Shown here one piece after another: positions 38,529-47,958 of a stretch of DNA of 64,000 nucleotides (its first letter is position 1; each line of letters starts with the position of its first letter). The notes below the pieces were generated by a model that had not been told where the DNA came from, ran no database searches, and saw nothing but the letters and a program-made list of their open reading frames with translations. The translations under genes were made by a program, and so were the position numbers. Location: contig OZ241986.1 in the NCBI GenBank assembly GCA_965204375.1, positions 5,824,001-5,888,000 of the forward strand, in the 5' to 3' direction. The DNA comes from Candidatus Latescibacterota bacterium. GTDB taxonomy: Bacteria; Latescibacterota; UBA2968.

Positions 38529-40847
38529 TTATTCGCGAACTCGGAACACGGCGTTGCGCTTTACTTGTTTTTTCTCCTTCAAATCCGTTACCGCGACTTC
38601 GAGTTTGTAAATGCCACGCGGCATCGTAGAGAGGTCGATTTCCAGGAAGGTGAAGTCGTCGGATTTATTGCCGGCATATACTGAAGTGACCGATGTGCTG
38701 CTCTGCTGTCCGGCTCGGCGCAGTTCTTCGAGGGATTCGGCCATCTGATTGCGTTCGGCAAGCACGTATCGGACTCTCAAATTTGCGCGCTTTTTGCGCG
38801 TTTGTGCATTTCCACTGGCGGGTTTTTCATTGTCCGAGCGTTCTCTGGCCGATTGCCCAGGCGGCGACACAATGAGCAATCCGTCCAGCTCTGTAAGGTC
38901 TATGGCACCGAACATCGAGGGATCTACTTCCCCTTTCTCAGGTACGCTGATGCTATATACAATCTGGTATTGGGTGCGTCCAAATTCGTCTTTTTTCAGG
39001 TTGTAAATTTCCAGATAGACATAGGCCGATTGTCCAGTGCGATACGCGCGGAGCGGATTGGGTGCAATGCGCAGGTCTGTTCGCTTTTCGGGGAAGGGAT
39101 TGATCATTTCAATTTTCTGGGCGAGTAACAGGTCACTCATGTCCAGACTTGATTCAGATACGGTCAAGAGGCGTTCTGTGCGAAATGTGCCGATGGAGCC
39201 GCTGATTCTGTCGCCTACTTCGACCACGATATTATACATGCCCTGGGGAAGTTCCAGGGGACGTTGGCTTAACAGATACTGCTGTGCATTTTTCCCCGAT
39301 GGTCGTTTCTGTCCAAGCGGTCGGACTTTGCGGTAGATATCTCGCCACCGGTAATCGAACATAAATAGCCCGTCGTCCATGACGATCATCTGGTCGTCGT
39401 TTGCTTTTAGTTTGTTCGTGGGAATGGCATAAGCGATTTCCATGCGCATATTTTTGCCTGCGCGGAAGGCGGTGATCTGGTACGGCAGGGTGTATTTCCG
39501 ACTGTGGAATGGATCGACAAATCGCGCTTCCACTTTCTTAAATGCCGCCCGATTTTGTATGTCGTAATACTCGTCCAGGATTCGTTTACTCCTCGGTATC
39601 GAACTTCTCGCCCTCGAACTCGAACTTCCCAACCTCCTCGAGCTTCTCCCGAACGAGCCCCTTCTGGCTGCTTGCGTCACATCGACCGTGCTGCTCGGTC
39701 CTACTTCGCCTGCAAATCCCCAACCGTCAACGCCATTCACACTTTGAAAGACGAAATGGTATCCGTCGTAGTACCACGTTTCCTTAAACATGGGGTACAC
39801 GCCCGTTGTTCGCCGCTGATATTTTCCGTATTTGATATAGGTTTGGCCGCGAATGGTTTTCCATCCTTCGATGTTTCTGGCAGGCACGCTAAAGCGCAGA
39901 TTTGCATAGGCCACGCGACCGTAGTGCTCCATCCTTCGCTCGTTGTGATTGGTCAAAAATAGCGGATCGTTCTTGTTCCAGAATTCCTTCAATGCCGCAG
40001 AATCCTTCCACTCGCCATCGTCGCCGACTTGCAGGGCTTTTGCGATGCGCGCGCTGTCTTCTTTTGATGCGATGATATCTACCGATTCCATCATTTTGCG
40101 CTGTTCGGGATCCATTTCTGCAATGGCTTTTTCATATAATTTGTTCGCTTCTGGAAGATTGCCCTGAAGCTGGTGCGAGTAGGCCAGGAACAATTGCGCG
40201 TTGATGTCGCCAGGGAATCTTCGCATCATCCGCCGCATCACCCGTTGCATGCCGGGAATTCTTCTGTGTTCCAGATGCGCCAGTCCCAATAGATAATAGG
40301 AGTCCTGATAGTCCGGATCGATCTCCAGGCTCTTTTCTAACAGCATCACAGCCTGGTCGTATTCGTTCTTGGCAAAGGTCCGAATCGCACCTCGCCGCTG
40401 AATGATCCGATCTCTCGTGATCATGTATTCGCCGAATACATGACGACCAGCATCATAGGCTGCTACGGCTGCATTGGGAAATTTTTTAATGACTTTTTCG
40501 TAATGCGCCTTGGCCTCGCGCTGAAAGCCCCTGTTCCACAATGCCTCGCCGTGCAAGAGTTGATATTGCAAATTTTCCGGTTCATTCCGAATCGCTTTTT
40601 CGCTGGCTTCTACTGCGCGACGTCGAAACTCGGGCGTGTCCAGGCGAATGTAGAGGCGGGTCAGTTGTGCAAGTGCCGAGGCGTGTTTGCCGTTTTTCTT
40701 GAGCACTTGCTTGAATTCTTCTACGCTTTCTTTGGGTTCAATCTCGTTCATGCGGGCGAGGGCAGCGTGGTAGAGCGAATCTACTTCGCTGGTCCAGGCC
40801 GGTGCTGTGATCAGGCAGGTGAGGATCAAAAGTACGAGGGTTTTCAT
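38529..40847 (-). CDS. GWxTD-domain TPR protein, tandem paralog B
   Basis: Near-identical to paralog A over long stretches; start at ATG 40847 (MKTLVLL) by alignment with paralog A. Confidence 0.9.
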   Translation of the reverse strand: MKTLVLLILTCLITAPAWTSEVDSLYHAALARMNEIEPKESVEEFKQVLKKNGKHASALAQLTRLYIRLDTPEFRRRAVEASEKAIRNEPENLQYQLLHGEALWNRGFQREAKAHYEKVIKKFPNAAVAAYDAGRHVFGEYMITRDRIIQRRGAIRTFAKNEYDQAVMLLEKSLEIDPDYQDSYYLLGLAHLEHRRIPGMQRVMRRMMRRFPGDINAQLFLAYSHQLQGNLPEANKLYEKAIAEMDPEQRKMMESVDIIASKEDSARIAKALQVGDDGEWKDSAALKEFWNKNDPLFLTNHNERRMEHYGRVAYANLRFSVPARNIEGWKTIRGQTYIKYGKYQRRTTGVYPMFKETWYYDGYHFVFQSVNGVDGWGFAGEVGPSSTVDVTQAARRGSFGRSSRRLGSSSSRARSSIPRSKRILDEYYDIQNRAAFKKVEARFVDPFHSRKYTLPYQITAFRAGKNMRMEIAYAIPTNKLKANDDQMIVMDDGLFMFDYRWRDIYRKVRPLGQKRPSGKNAQQYLLSQRPLELPQGMYNIVVEVGDRISGSIGTFRTERLLTVSESSLDMSDLLLAQKIEMINPFPEKRTDLRIAPNPLRAYRTGQSAYVYLEIYNLKKDEFGRTQYQIVYSISVPEKGEVDPSMFGAIDLTELDGLLIVSPPGQSARERSDNEKPASGNAQTRKKRANLRVRYVLAERNQMAESLEELRRAGQQSSTSVTSVYAGNKSDDFTFLEIDLSTMPRGIYKLEVAVTDLKEKKQVKRNAVFRVRE

Positions 40848-40881
40848 GGGGAGGCTCCTTGCGATGGACGATGGTAGGGTC

Positions 40882-41955
40882 TTAAAATCTATAAAATGCC
40901 TTTGCATTTTCGTACAGAATTTTTCCCAGTAATGCATCCGATAAGCCTTTGGGAATTGCGTCAATTGGCTCGTCGAAATGCCAATGTGGATAGTCTGTGG
41001 AAAACATCAGCATGTCATCCGATTCCAGATGGTCCATAACTTGCAATAGATATTCGGCTTCGGGCGGGGCGTCCATGGGCTGTAGTGTCATCCGAATGTG
41101 TTCGCGGATATATTCCGACGGTGGGCGTTTGACCCATGGGATATCGCGTCGCAAGCCCTTCCATTCCTTATCTATGCGCCACATCAGTGCGGGCATCCAT
41201 GTCCAGCCGCCTTCGATGAGTGCCACGCGCAATTCGGGGAACCGATCAAACGCGCCTTCTACCACCAGGCTCATGACCTGAGACTGAAATATTTGCGCCA
41301 TGTCGGCCATTTCTTCGGCATAGGTCAAAGGCCACCCAACGGGCGTGGGCGGCAAGCTCGAGGCACCGCCGTAGTGTATCCCGATGGCGAGGTCGCGTTT
41401 TACGGCTGCTTCAAATAATGGGTCGTACAAGCTCTTGCCATAAGGTTGATATGATCTGACCGGTACAATGACCTGAACAAAGCCCGGATGGTCGCCGAAT
41501 CGCTCGATTTCGCGTGCGGCGAGTACCGGGTTTTGGCTGGGCACTACGAGGGATGCGCGCAGTCGGTTGTCTTTGTTTAACCACGCGTCGATTTGCCACT
41601 GGTTGATCGCGGTAGCAAGCGATGCGGACAGGTTTTCGTTGTGTACGCTTTGCACGCGGTAAGCACAGGTTAAGATCCCAATTTCGACATCCCATGCGTC
41701 CAGTGTCTGCTTTTTTAGCAATTCAAAATCAGATCCCGGTGGACCATTTTTCGGCTTTGTGCCTTTTCGCGCAGATGTGGGTGCTCGCGCGGGATAATCA
41801 TTCGCGTTGGGTCCCACAAATGCCGATTCGTTGATGTACGCAACCCAGTGTTCTTCCAGATATGGAATCAGGGTGTCCAAACCGGGCAGTTCGTTGTGAA
41901 TATCGCAATCGATGATGGGATGATAAAAGGGATTGTCTGGTGTATTGCGCGGCAT
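40882..41955 (-). CDS. Amidohydrolase_2 family protein
   Basis: IDCDIH, GIH, IEGG and FSTDYPHW...NA. Confidence 0.9.
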   Translation of the reverse strand: MPRNTPDNPFYHPIIDCDIHNELPGLDTLIPYLEEHWVAYINESAFVGPNANDYPARAPTSARKGTKPKNGPPGSDFELLKKQTLDAWDVEIGILTCAYRVQSVHNENLSASLATAINQWQIDAWLNKDNRLRASLVVPSQNPVLAAREIERFGDHPGFVQVIVPVRSYQPYGKSLYDPLFEAAVKRDLAIGIHYGGASSLPPTPVGWPLTYAEEMADMAQIFQSQVMSLVVEGAFDRFPELRVALIEGGWTWMPALMWRIDKEWKGLRRDIPWVKRPPSEYIREHIRMTLQPMDAPPEAEYLLQVMDHLESDDMLMFSTDYPHWHFDEPIDAIPKGLSDALLGKILYENAKAFYRF

Positions 41956-41957
41956 GG

Positions 41958-42770
41958 TTAATATCCCGCACCGCGACAATACTGATACATTTTGGCACTG
42001 CGGGTCGCTTCATTTATCGCGTCTTCGCCTTCGTAAGCTGGCGCGCCGGGGCAGGCTGTTACCCACCGGTTATATCCCGTGTCTTCAAGTACGTTTGCCA
42101 GGTCTGGGAAATCCAGGGCTTCGCCGACGCCTACAGAGACCCAGGCGGGCGTGAATCGTCCCTCTGCATCCCGCGTGATGTTCTCATCTGTCCAGTCTTG
42201 CAAGTGTACGTAATTGAGCTGATCTTTAAAGTCGCGTAGCGATTGCGCGGCGTCATAGTCCCAGAGTTGTGCGTGTGATACGTCGATACACAACTTTGCT
42301 TTTTCGAGGTGTTGCATGTACAGCGTCCAGTCTTCTTTTGTATCTACCAGCAGATTTGTGTGGATGTGATAGCTCAGTTCCAGATCGTATTGCGCCGCGT
42401 AATCAGCCCAGTTGTCCGCTGCTTCAGCAGCCTGTTTAATATCGTCTTCGGAGATATCCCGATCTTTGGGTTTGGGACCGCTCATGTACATAAAGCAATC
42501 TACTTCCATTTCGGCGGCAAAATCAATCCGCCGTTTGTTGCGTTCCTGGTGCTCCCAACCGGATAGTTCGGGCGATCCTTGTGCTGTGTACACGGCCATG
42601 GGCAATCCCACATTGTCGCATATTTGCCGAATTCGACTCGCTGGTCCCAACCAGTCCAGCGGTAACCGACATTCCCAACCATCCCAGCCCGATTTTTTGA
42701 GGGCTTCAAGGGCTGGCTCCAAATCCGGGTTTCTCCATCGCAATGCACAATATCCGAGTTTAAATGCCAT
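41958..42770 (-). CDS. Sugar phosphate isomerase/epimerase (AP endonuclease 2 TIM barrel; IolE-like)
   Basis: G.DG.E, YHIH, CIDVSH and VHLQD. Confidence 0.8.
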   Translation of the reverse strand: MAFKLGYCALRWRNPDLEPALEALKKSGWDGWECRLPLDWLGPASRIRQICDNVGLPMAVYTAQGSPELSGWEHQERNKRRIDFAAEMEVDCFMYMSGPKPKDRDISEDDIKQAAEAADNWADYAAQYDLELSYHIHTNLLVDTKEDWTLYMQHLEKAKLCIDVSHAQLWDYDAAQSLRDFKDQLNYVHLQDWTDENITRDAEGRFTPAWVSVGVGEALDFPDLANVLEDTGYNRWVTACPGAPAYEGEDAINEATRSAKMYQYCRGAGY

Positions 42771-42781
42771 GATGATCTCCT

Positions 42782-44020
42782 TTATCCAAATAATTCCCGA
42801 TATTCTCGGTCGTATTCTTCCGTTCCGTCATCCAGTTTTAATTCCAGACGAATGCCGGGTAGAAAGCCCGTTAGCCGGCCCGCCAAAAAGTCTTCGCGAT
42901 AGCTTCCGTCTGGATAATGCGTTCGTCGTCCGTTGGGCCAGCATATTGTGTGAATTTGTCGTTTTTCTTCGAGTTTAAAATCTGGGTCAACGCGATAGCG
43001 TTCAATGACGTCCCAATCCAGTTCAATACCCAATCCAGGTGCATTGGGTACGCGAATATGTCCGCCTTCCACTTTGAAGTTTTTGACGAGTGGATGCGTC
43101 CAGATGTTCACACAGGGGATCGCGGGCCAGCGTGCGTGCGATAATACTGCGCCCAAATGCACGCCCCACATGGTGGTCAACCCCGATCCCACCAGTTGTA
43201 GCCAGAATGGCATGTTGGCTTCTGCTGCGAGGGTGCCCTGTTTCATGACGCGACTCGCGCCACCGCCTATGACAAATCCGTCGCATACGCCTTCGCGCAC
43301 GGCTGTCATAAAGGGTGGGTTACCAAAGTGCATGGCAATGGGGCTGGCGATTTTTTGCCGCAACAGGGCGTTGCCCGCTACGTCGTTTTGCGGGATTGGC
43401 GTTTCGACCATTGCCAGTTGGCTATATGTATCTTCTAATCGCCGAATTAAGGGTGCGGCATGATCTACGCCGAGCAACAGGCTGTTGAAGTCCGCATCGA
43501 TTTTGAAATAATTCGGTACAGATTTTCTTATGGCTTCAAATTGTTCTTCGGGATAAAACCAGGGGCGCGTCTTGACTTTCATTGTCGTAAATCCGTGATC
43601 TATCGCTGCCCGCGCTTCCATAGCCCAGTCATCGGGGGTGCGGTCCTGCGACCACCACGATACGGGGCACGCGTCTCGATATTGCACGCCCAGCAGTTTG
43701 TGACACGGCACGCCGAGTGTTTTTCCCGCTGCGTCGAAGAGTGCCATTTGCAAGCCCGCGCCCAGGCTGTCATCCCACAAATGGTCGAATATGTTCTTTC
43801 CGCGCACGCGGGCAAATTGCTTTTCATTTGATTGTCCCCACGTATATCGCGTCAGGGTTTCGCCATATCCGGTTACGCCCGCAGAGGTCGTTATTTTGCA
43901 CACATCTACAAGTGCCCAAAACGGTACCCGGATTTGTTTTACTTTTGCACACCGCGGATGAAATGGGACGTGCAGAAGGATGTGTTCAATATCCGCAACT
44001 TCGCAGTCTTTGGAGGTCAT
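42782..44020 (-). CDS. Mandelate racemase/muconate lactonizing enzyme family protein
   Basis: GYGET, MALFDAAGK..G.P, KVK, DADFN, ETP and PGLGIE. Confidence 0.9.
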   Translation of the reverse strand: MTSKDCEVADIEHILLHVPFHPRCAKVKQIRVPFWALVDVCKITTSAGVTGYGETLTRYTWGQSNEKQFARVRGKNIFDHLWDDSLGAGLQMALFDAAGKTLGVPCHKLLGVQYRDACPVSWWSQDRTPDDWAMEARAAIDHGFTTMKVKTRPWFYPEEQFEAIRKSVPNYFKIDADFNSLLLGVDHAAPLIRRLEDTYSQLAMVETPIPQNDVAGNALLRQKIASPIAMHFGNPPFMTAVREGVCDGFVIGGGASRVMKQGTLAAEANMPFWLQLVGSGLTTMWGVHLGAVLSHARWPAIPCVNIWTHPLVKNFKVEGGHIRVPNAPGLGIELDWDVIERYRVDPDFKLEEKRQIHTICWPNGRRTHYPDGSYREDFLAGRLTGFLPGIRLELKLDDGTEEYDREYRELFG

Positions 44021-44182
44021 TTTAGAATCCTCATTTATCGGATGGTTAAATACCTGTTTTTTCAACGCAGCAATTCTCTGCGCTAAGTAGTCTTTCAAAG
44101 ACGGACGACGGTTGTCATTGCGGCATGCTTAAAGCCGCCACGCGCAGCATGACGCCAGTAATCCAGAAGGTTTTTTGTTTTT

Positions 44183-44758
44183 TTAAGCCTTTCCAACCAG
44201 CCTTTTGAATTGCAAATTGCTGTTGGCAGGTGCGTTGATTTTTAGCATGCGTTCGGGAATGTCATGCTGACCAGATTTTGGCTCTATCAGCGTTTCCCGT
44301 TTTGCTACCCCAATATTTTTAATGCTGATAAAACGCTGTTGATAATTCTTTTTTTCGAGAAAATCCTGCTCTTGCCAGAATTCCTGACCAATGGCACGGC
44401 AATAGGCAACGAGACATTGTGCCCCACGCAATTGTTGCGCGACTTTTTTTTCCGAATCGCCTTTGCCACTTTTCATTTCTATGTGAACAATCCAGTTTGC
44501 TCTATCATCACTGGCGATGACCACATAATCGGCCCGCTTACATTCTCCTTTGCTATTTTTGAAAATATTGTTTGGCGGCGGGAAAGCATCCGCTTTGAAC
44601 GCGATAATGTCATCTGGCACGTTGCGTATTTTCAGAGAATATTCTGGTTGTTGATTGCCGGATTCCTTCAGGACGATAATTTTTTTGTTGTATTCATCCT
44701 CAGCTAAGGCCAATGCTTCATCCTGGATTAAGTCTCGCAGTATGTCAAAATCGGACAT
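44183..44758 (-). CDS. Hypothetical protein with PD-(D/E)XK-like motif
   Basis: KRADYVVI...IEMKSG...QL; translationally coupled to the upstream ATPase (TAATG). Confidence 0.6.
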   Translation of the reverse strand: MSDFDILRDLIQDEALALAEDEYNKKIIVLKESGNQQPEYSLKIRNVPDDIIAFKADAFPPPNNIFKNSKGECKRADYVVIASDDRANWIVHIEMKSGKGDSEKKVAQQLRGAQCLVAYCRAIGQEFWQEQDFLEKKNYQQRFISIKNIGVAKRETLIEPKSGQHDIPERMLKINAPANSNLQFKRLVGKA

Positions 44759-46164
44759 TATTCATCCCCACCCCACACAATGGCTTCCTGAATTTCATTC
44801 ATTTTATTAATGGTCTCGTCGAAACTGCGTGCTTCAATTCCCAGTTCTGGGTCTATCCTGGCTGGCACGAGTGTTTGGTGTCGGCTTCTCCTGCTCCTGG
44901 TCTCCAACTTCATCAATGCTTCCTCTGCGATATAAACCCTGATTTTGTCAGCAGATATAAGCTCTTCGGTCTGGTAGCCTTCTTCTTCTGCGATTTGCTT
45001 CAAGTAGGGCTTGTCCTGATTTAGCATAATCAGGGTGTTGAGTTCTTTGATAATATAATCGCTGTGCGTAGTTACGAAGACGCGGATACCCAGATTGACC
45101 AAACGCGCAAAGAGCCGAGCCATGCGACACTGATTTTCCGGATGCAGGTTTAATTCTGGCTCATCTATCATCAGCAGGTCGCCGGGTTTTGCGACATGGC
45201 GCAGATAAAAGCCAATGTCTAATAGGGAACGCACTGCGCTGGAACTCTCGTCCATTGTCAGCTTCTGTTGTTTGCCTGCGGGTTTGAAATAGATCGTGTC
45301 ATTACTTTCCGCGATGTATTCACCGCCGATGATATCGGCAAAATCATTCAGGATTTGTGGATGGTGTTCGACAAGAAAGTTGTCTTCCCTGGCAATATTC
45401 TCAAGTCTTCGGATAAAATCTACGTTGACTTTGACGGGTAGAGGATAGTCCTGATAGGATTTAAACAACAGTTCCATCGGGTCAAATTCGCTGCTGTCCG
45501 CTTGACTCATTTCTTCCAGCAAGCGGTTTCGAGCAAAATTCAGTTCTTGGCGAAAAATTGCCGCGCCGGTGCGCTCCGCGCTGGCGATAAAAGATCGGGG
45601 GAAAAATGGGTCAAAGAGTAATTTAATAATTCCGTTTGATATTACTTCGCTAATCACTCTAGTCATGCTAGTGGGCAATACGCTCATCCTCTTATCCATG
45701 AGCAATGAGACCACCAGGTCCTTTTCTCCATCTTCCTTAAATAACGAAAGAAAATCGTCTTCAGCGGATCGCATTCTATGGTCAAAAGTGCGGTTCTTTA
45801 TAGATGATATCGTTTCTGGTACAAGAGACACCTGGAAAGTCGCATCTTTGAAGCGATTTGACTTCGCAGCAAAGATTCTCGGTATTTCCAGGGTGTATTC
45901 TCGGCAACCCCATCTAAGGATGTCATCTGCTTTTAGGGCATAAGGCTCAATATCAATCCGCGTTACACCATCCTTCAGTAAAGCATCGATAGTTTGATTG
46001 GGAATTTCGACTTTCAGTAAGCTTTCCCAATGCTGTAAAAAGCCAAAAAGGGCATACGTAGCATAGGTTTTTCCCGTATTATTGCCGCCGCAAATAAGGG
46101 TCAATTCGCCCAGTTCAAATTCTGCCTGTTTCAGGACGCCCAGGTTTTTCACGCTTATTTTCAT
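44758..46164 (-). CDS. AAA_15/AAA_21-type ABC ATPase (defence-associated class)
   Basis: GGNNTGKT, AERTG, ESSSAVRS, IDEPELNLHP and TTHS. Confidence 0.9.
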   Translation of the reverse strand: MKISVKNLGVLKQAEFELGELTLICGGNNTGKTYATYALFGFLQHWESLLKVEIPNQTIDALLKDGVTRIDIEPYALKADDILRWGCREYTLEIPRIFAAKSNRFKDATFQVSLVPETISSIKNRTFDHRMRSAEDDFLSLFKEDGEKDLVVSLLMDKRMSVLPTSMTRVISEVISNGIIKLLFDPFFPRSFIASAERTGAAIFRQELNFARNRLLEEMSQADSSEFDPMELLFKSYQDYPLPVKVNVDFIRRLENIAREDNFLVEHHPQILNDFADIIGGEYIAESNDTIYFKPAGKQQKLTMDESSSAVRSLLDIGFYLRHVAKPGDLLMIDEPELNLHPENQCRMARLFARLVNLGIRVFVTTHSDYIIKELNTLIMLNQDKPYLKQIAEEEGYQTEELISADKIRVYIAEEALMKLETRSRRSRHQTLVPARIDPELGIEARSFDETINKMNEIQEAIVWGGDE

Positions 46165-46268
46165 ATCGTTACCTCTGTTATCTCGTTCTCCGTCACCCTT
46201 GTGTCAGCATTGCCGCGATGTCTTCCGGCAAATTCACACCATATCTACACTCAAATTCCTTTGGTAAT

Positions 46269-46940
46269 TCATACAATCAACCGACCTATATCGCAATTGT
46301 GAGCGTCGCAGTACCACAGGACTCCGTCGTACATGGTCATTCCGTGTACTTCATCGGGTGCTTCTACGCGAATTACGTCGTACACGCGGCCATCTGCTGT
46401 GCCCAGTAAGTTTACCGTGCCTGCGGATGTGTCCGCTACCCATAGTTTGTCGTCTTGCCAGGCCAAGCCGTGGTTGCGGAGTCCCGGTGTTCGAAATGCG
46501 TGTTCTTCTGTCCAGGTTTCGGCATCTACCACATGTACAAATTGGGAAGGGGGCGACGCAATGTAAATTTTGCCATCGCGCCATTCCAGTCCGTGTGCAC
46601 CAGTTTCTGAGGCGCCCGGCATGCCCTCGCGCCAGGACGCGACGCCAACGCCGGGAGAATCGTATTTTGCAATGGTTTTGCCAGTTTTCATATCGACTTT
46701 TGCTATTTGCAATTCAAATGTGGATGCAATCCACACATATCCGCCACCGACGGTAATTCCACTGGAATGCTCTGTGTCTGTTTGCGCCTCAAATAATATG
46801 TCGCCCGTTTCCCAATCTACTTTGTATATTTTCAGATCTACTTGGTCGATTATCCACAGGCCATCCGGCGCGGCTTGCAAACCATTGGGCTGGGGACCTG
46901 GACTCTTGAAACGCTTTTCGACCTTTGCTATTTTTATCAT
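46269..46940 (-). CDS. Beta-propeller protein (glutaminyl cyclase/NHL-like)
   Basis: Repeated P...HGL.W....LW blades. Confidence 0.65.
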   Translation of the reverse strand: MIKIAKVEKRFKSPGPQPNGLQAAPDGLWIIDQVDLKIYKVDWETGDILFEAQTDTEHSSGITVGGGYVWIASTFELQIAKVDMKTGKTIAKYDSPGVGVASWREGMPGASETGAHGLEWRDGKIYIASPPSQFVHVVDAETWTEEHAFRTPGLRNHGLAWQDDKLWVADTSAGTVNLLGTADGRVYDVIRVEAPDEVHGMTMYDGVLWYCDAHNCDIGRLIV

Positions 46941-47046
46941 GGTATGGCTCCTGTTTGTTAGCTGTTAGGGGTCAGTTCTTCCGTCTCTACTGATCCTAAA
47001 ATGATGTATGACGTAATGTAATACATCTTTGGTTTGAAGCAAGTCA

Positions 47047-47958
47047 TTGTACTATGCTACATTTTCTTTGACTTGCAGACTATCGAGTGCCATTTTGTTT
47101 TTTATGATTCGATTTCCCGAAAATATCAAGGCGGTGCTTTTCCATTTTTGTGCGCGTTTTCAACGCTGGCTCAGGCGTGTGCGTGTGGCTTTGCGTCGCG
47201 TAAGGTATCTGCGTTCGTTGATGGTGACACTGGTTCTCATCGCTTTGCTCGGTGCAGGCGTTGCCTGGAGCGAATACCAGACCAATTGGTTTGCGCGACG
47301 CCTTGGGGCATTTTTGCTTTCGACCAATGCGTTGCGTCCCCAGTCAGGCGCGCTCTGGCATGATATTCAAGCACAGGTGAGAACCCAGCAAGCTATTGAT
47401 ACAGCCGATCCTTTGCCTGTGCCACGAGCGGGTTTGCCCGATGCGGTTACACGCAGTCGTTTTGAAGGTTCGCGCGTGCCCGAATCTGGTGTTCCGAGCT
47501 ATGTCGCGATCTACAAGATACCACTGCCCGGTGTTGATCTCAATACCAGACCGCTCGGCGATGTGATTGCCAGTTTGCGCGTTTACCGCCAGGGGCTTGC
47601 GATTGTCAAAGCATTGTATTTGCCGGATGTGCATTTCCACGCGGAGGTGCGCAAACAGATTGATCGTCTCTACGCCCAGGTTGGCGATATTGAGGCTGTT
47701 GCGCCAGACACGCTGGGCGTAACCGATCCCGATTCGCTCAAGGCTGCTGTTTTTTCTCAACTCGCTACCGCAGTTATTCCCGATTTGAGACTGCGCGAAA
47801 AAGACGCCCTGATCACCGCGTATCAAAATGGACAGATTGCACAAATTTTCCTGTATCGCGATCTTGGTCGTTTTCGCGGTGAGCTTTTCCGCGAGGGAAG
47901 TCGGGTACCTGTTGTTTTTGAAATTGAGGCGGGTGCTGTTTCCGAAATTGTGGAGTAA
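47047..47958 (+). CDS. Hypothetical membrane-anchored protein; start uncertain
   Basis: Single TM helix; coupled to the PBP gene (TAATG). Confidence 0.6.
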   Translation: MYYATFSLTCRLSSAILFFMIRFPENIKAVLFHFCARFQRWLRRVRVALRRVRYLRSLMVTLVLIALLGAGVAWSEYQTNWFARRLGAFLLSTNALRPQSGALWHDIQAQVRTQQAIDTADPLPVPRAGLPDAVTRSRFEGSRVPESGVPSYVAIYKIPLPGVDLNTRPLGDVIASLRVYRQGLAIVKALYLPDVHFHAEVRKQIDRLYAQVGDIEAVAPDTLGVTDPDSLKAAVFSQLATAVIPDLRLREKDALITAYQNGQIAQIFLYRDLGRFRGELFREGSRVPVVFEIEAGAVSEIVE

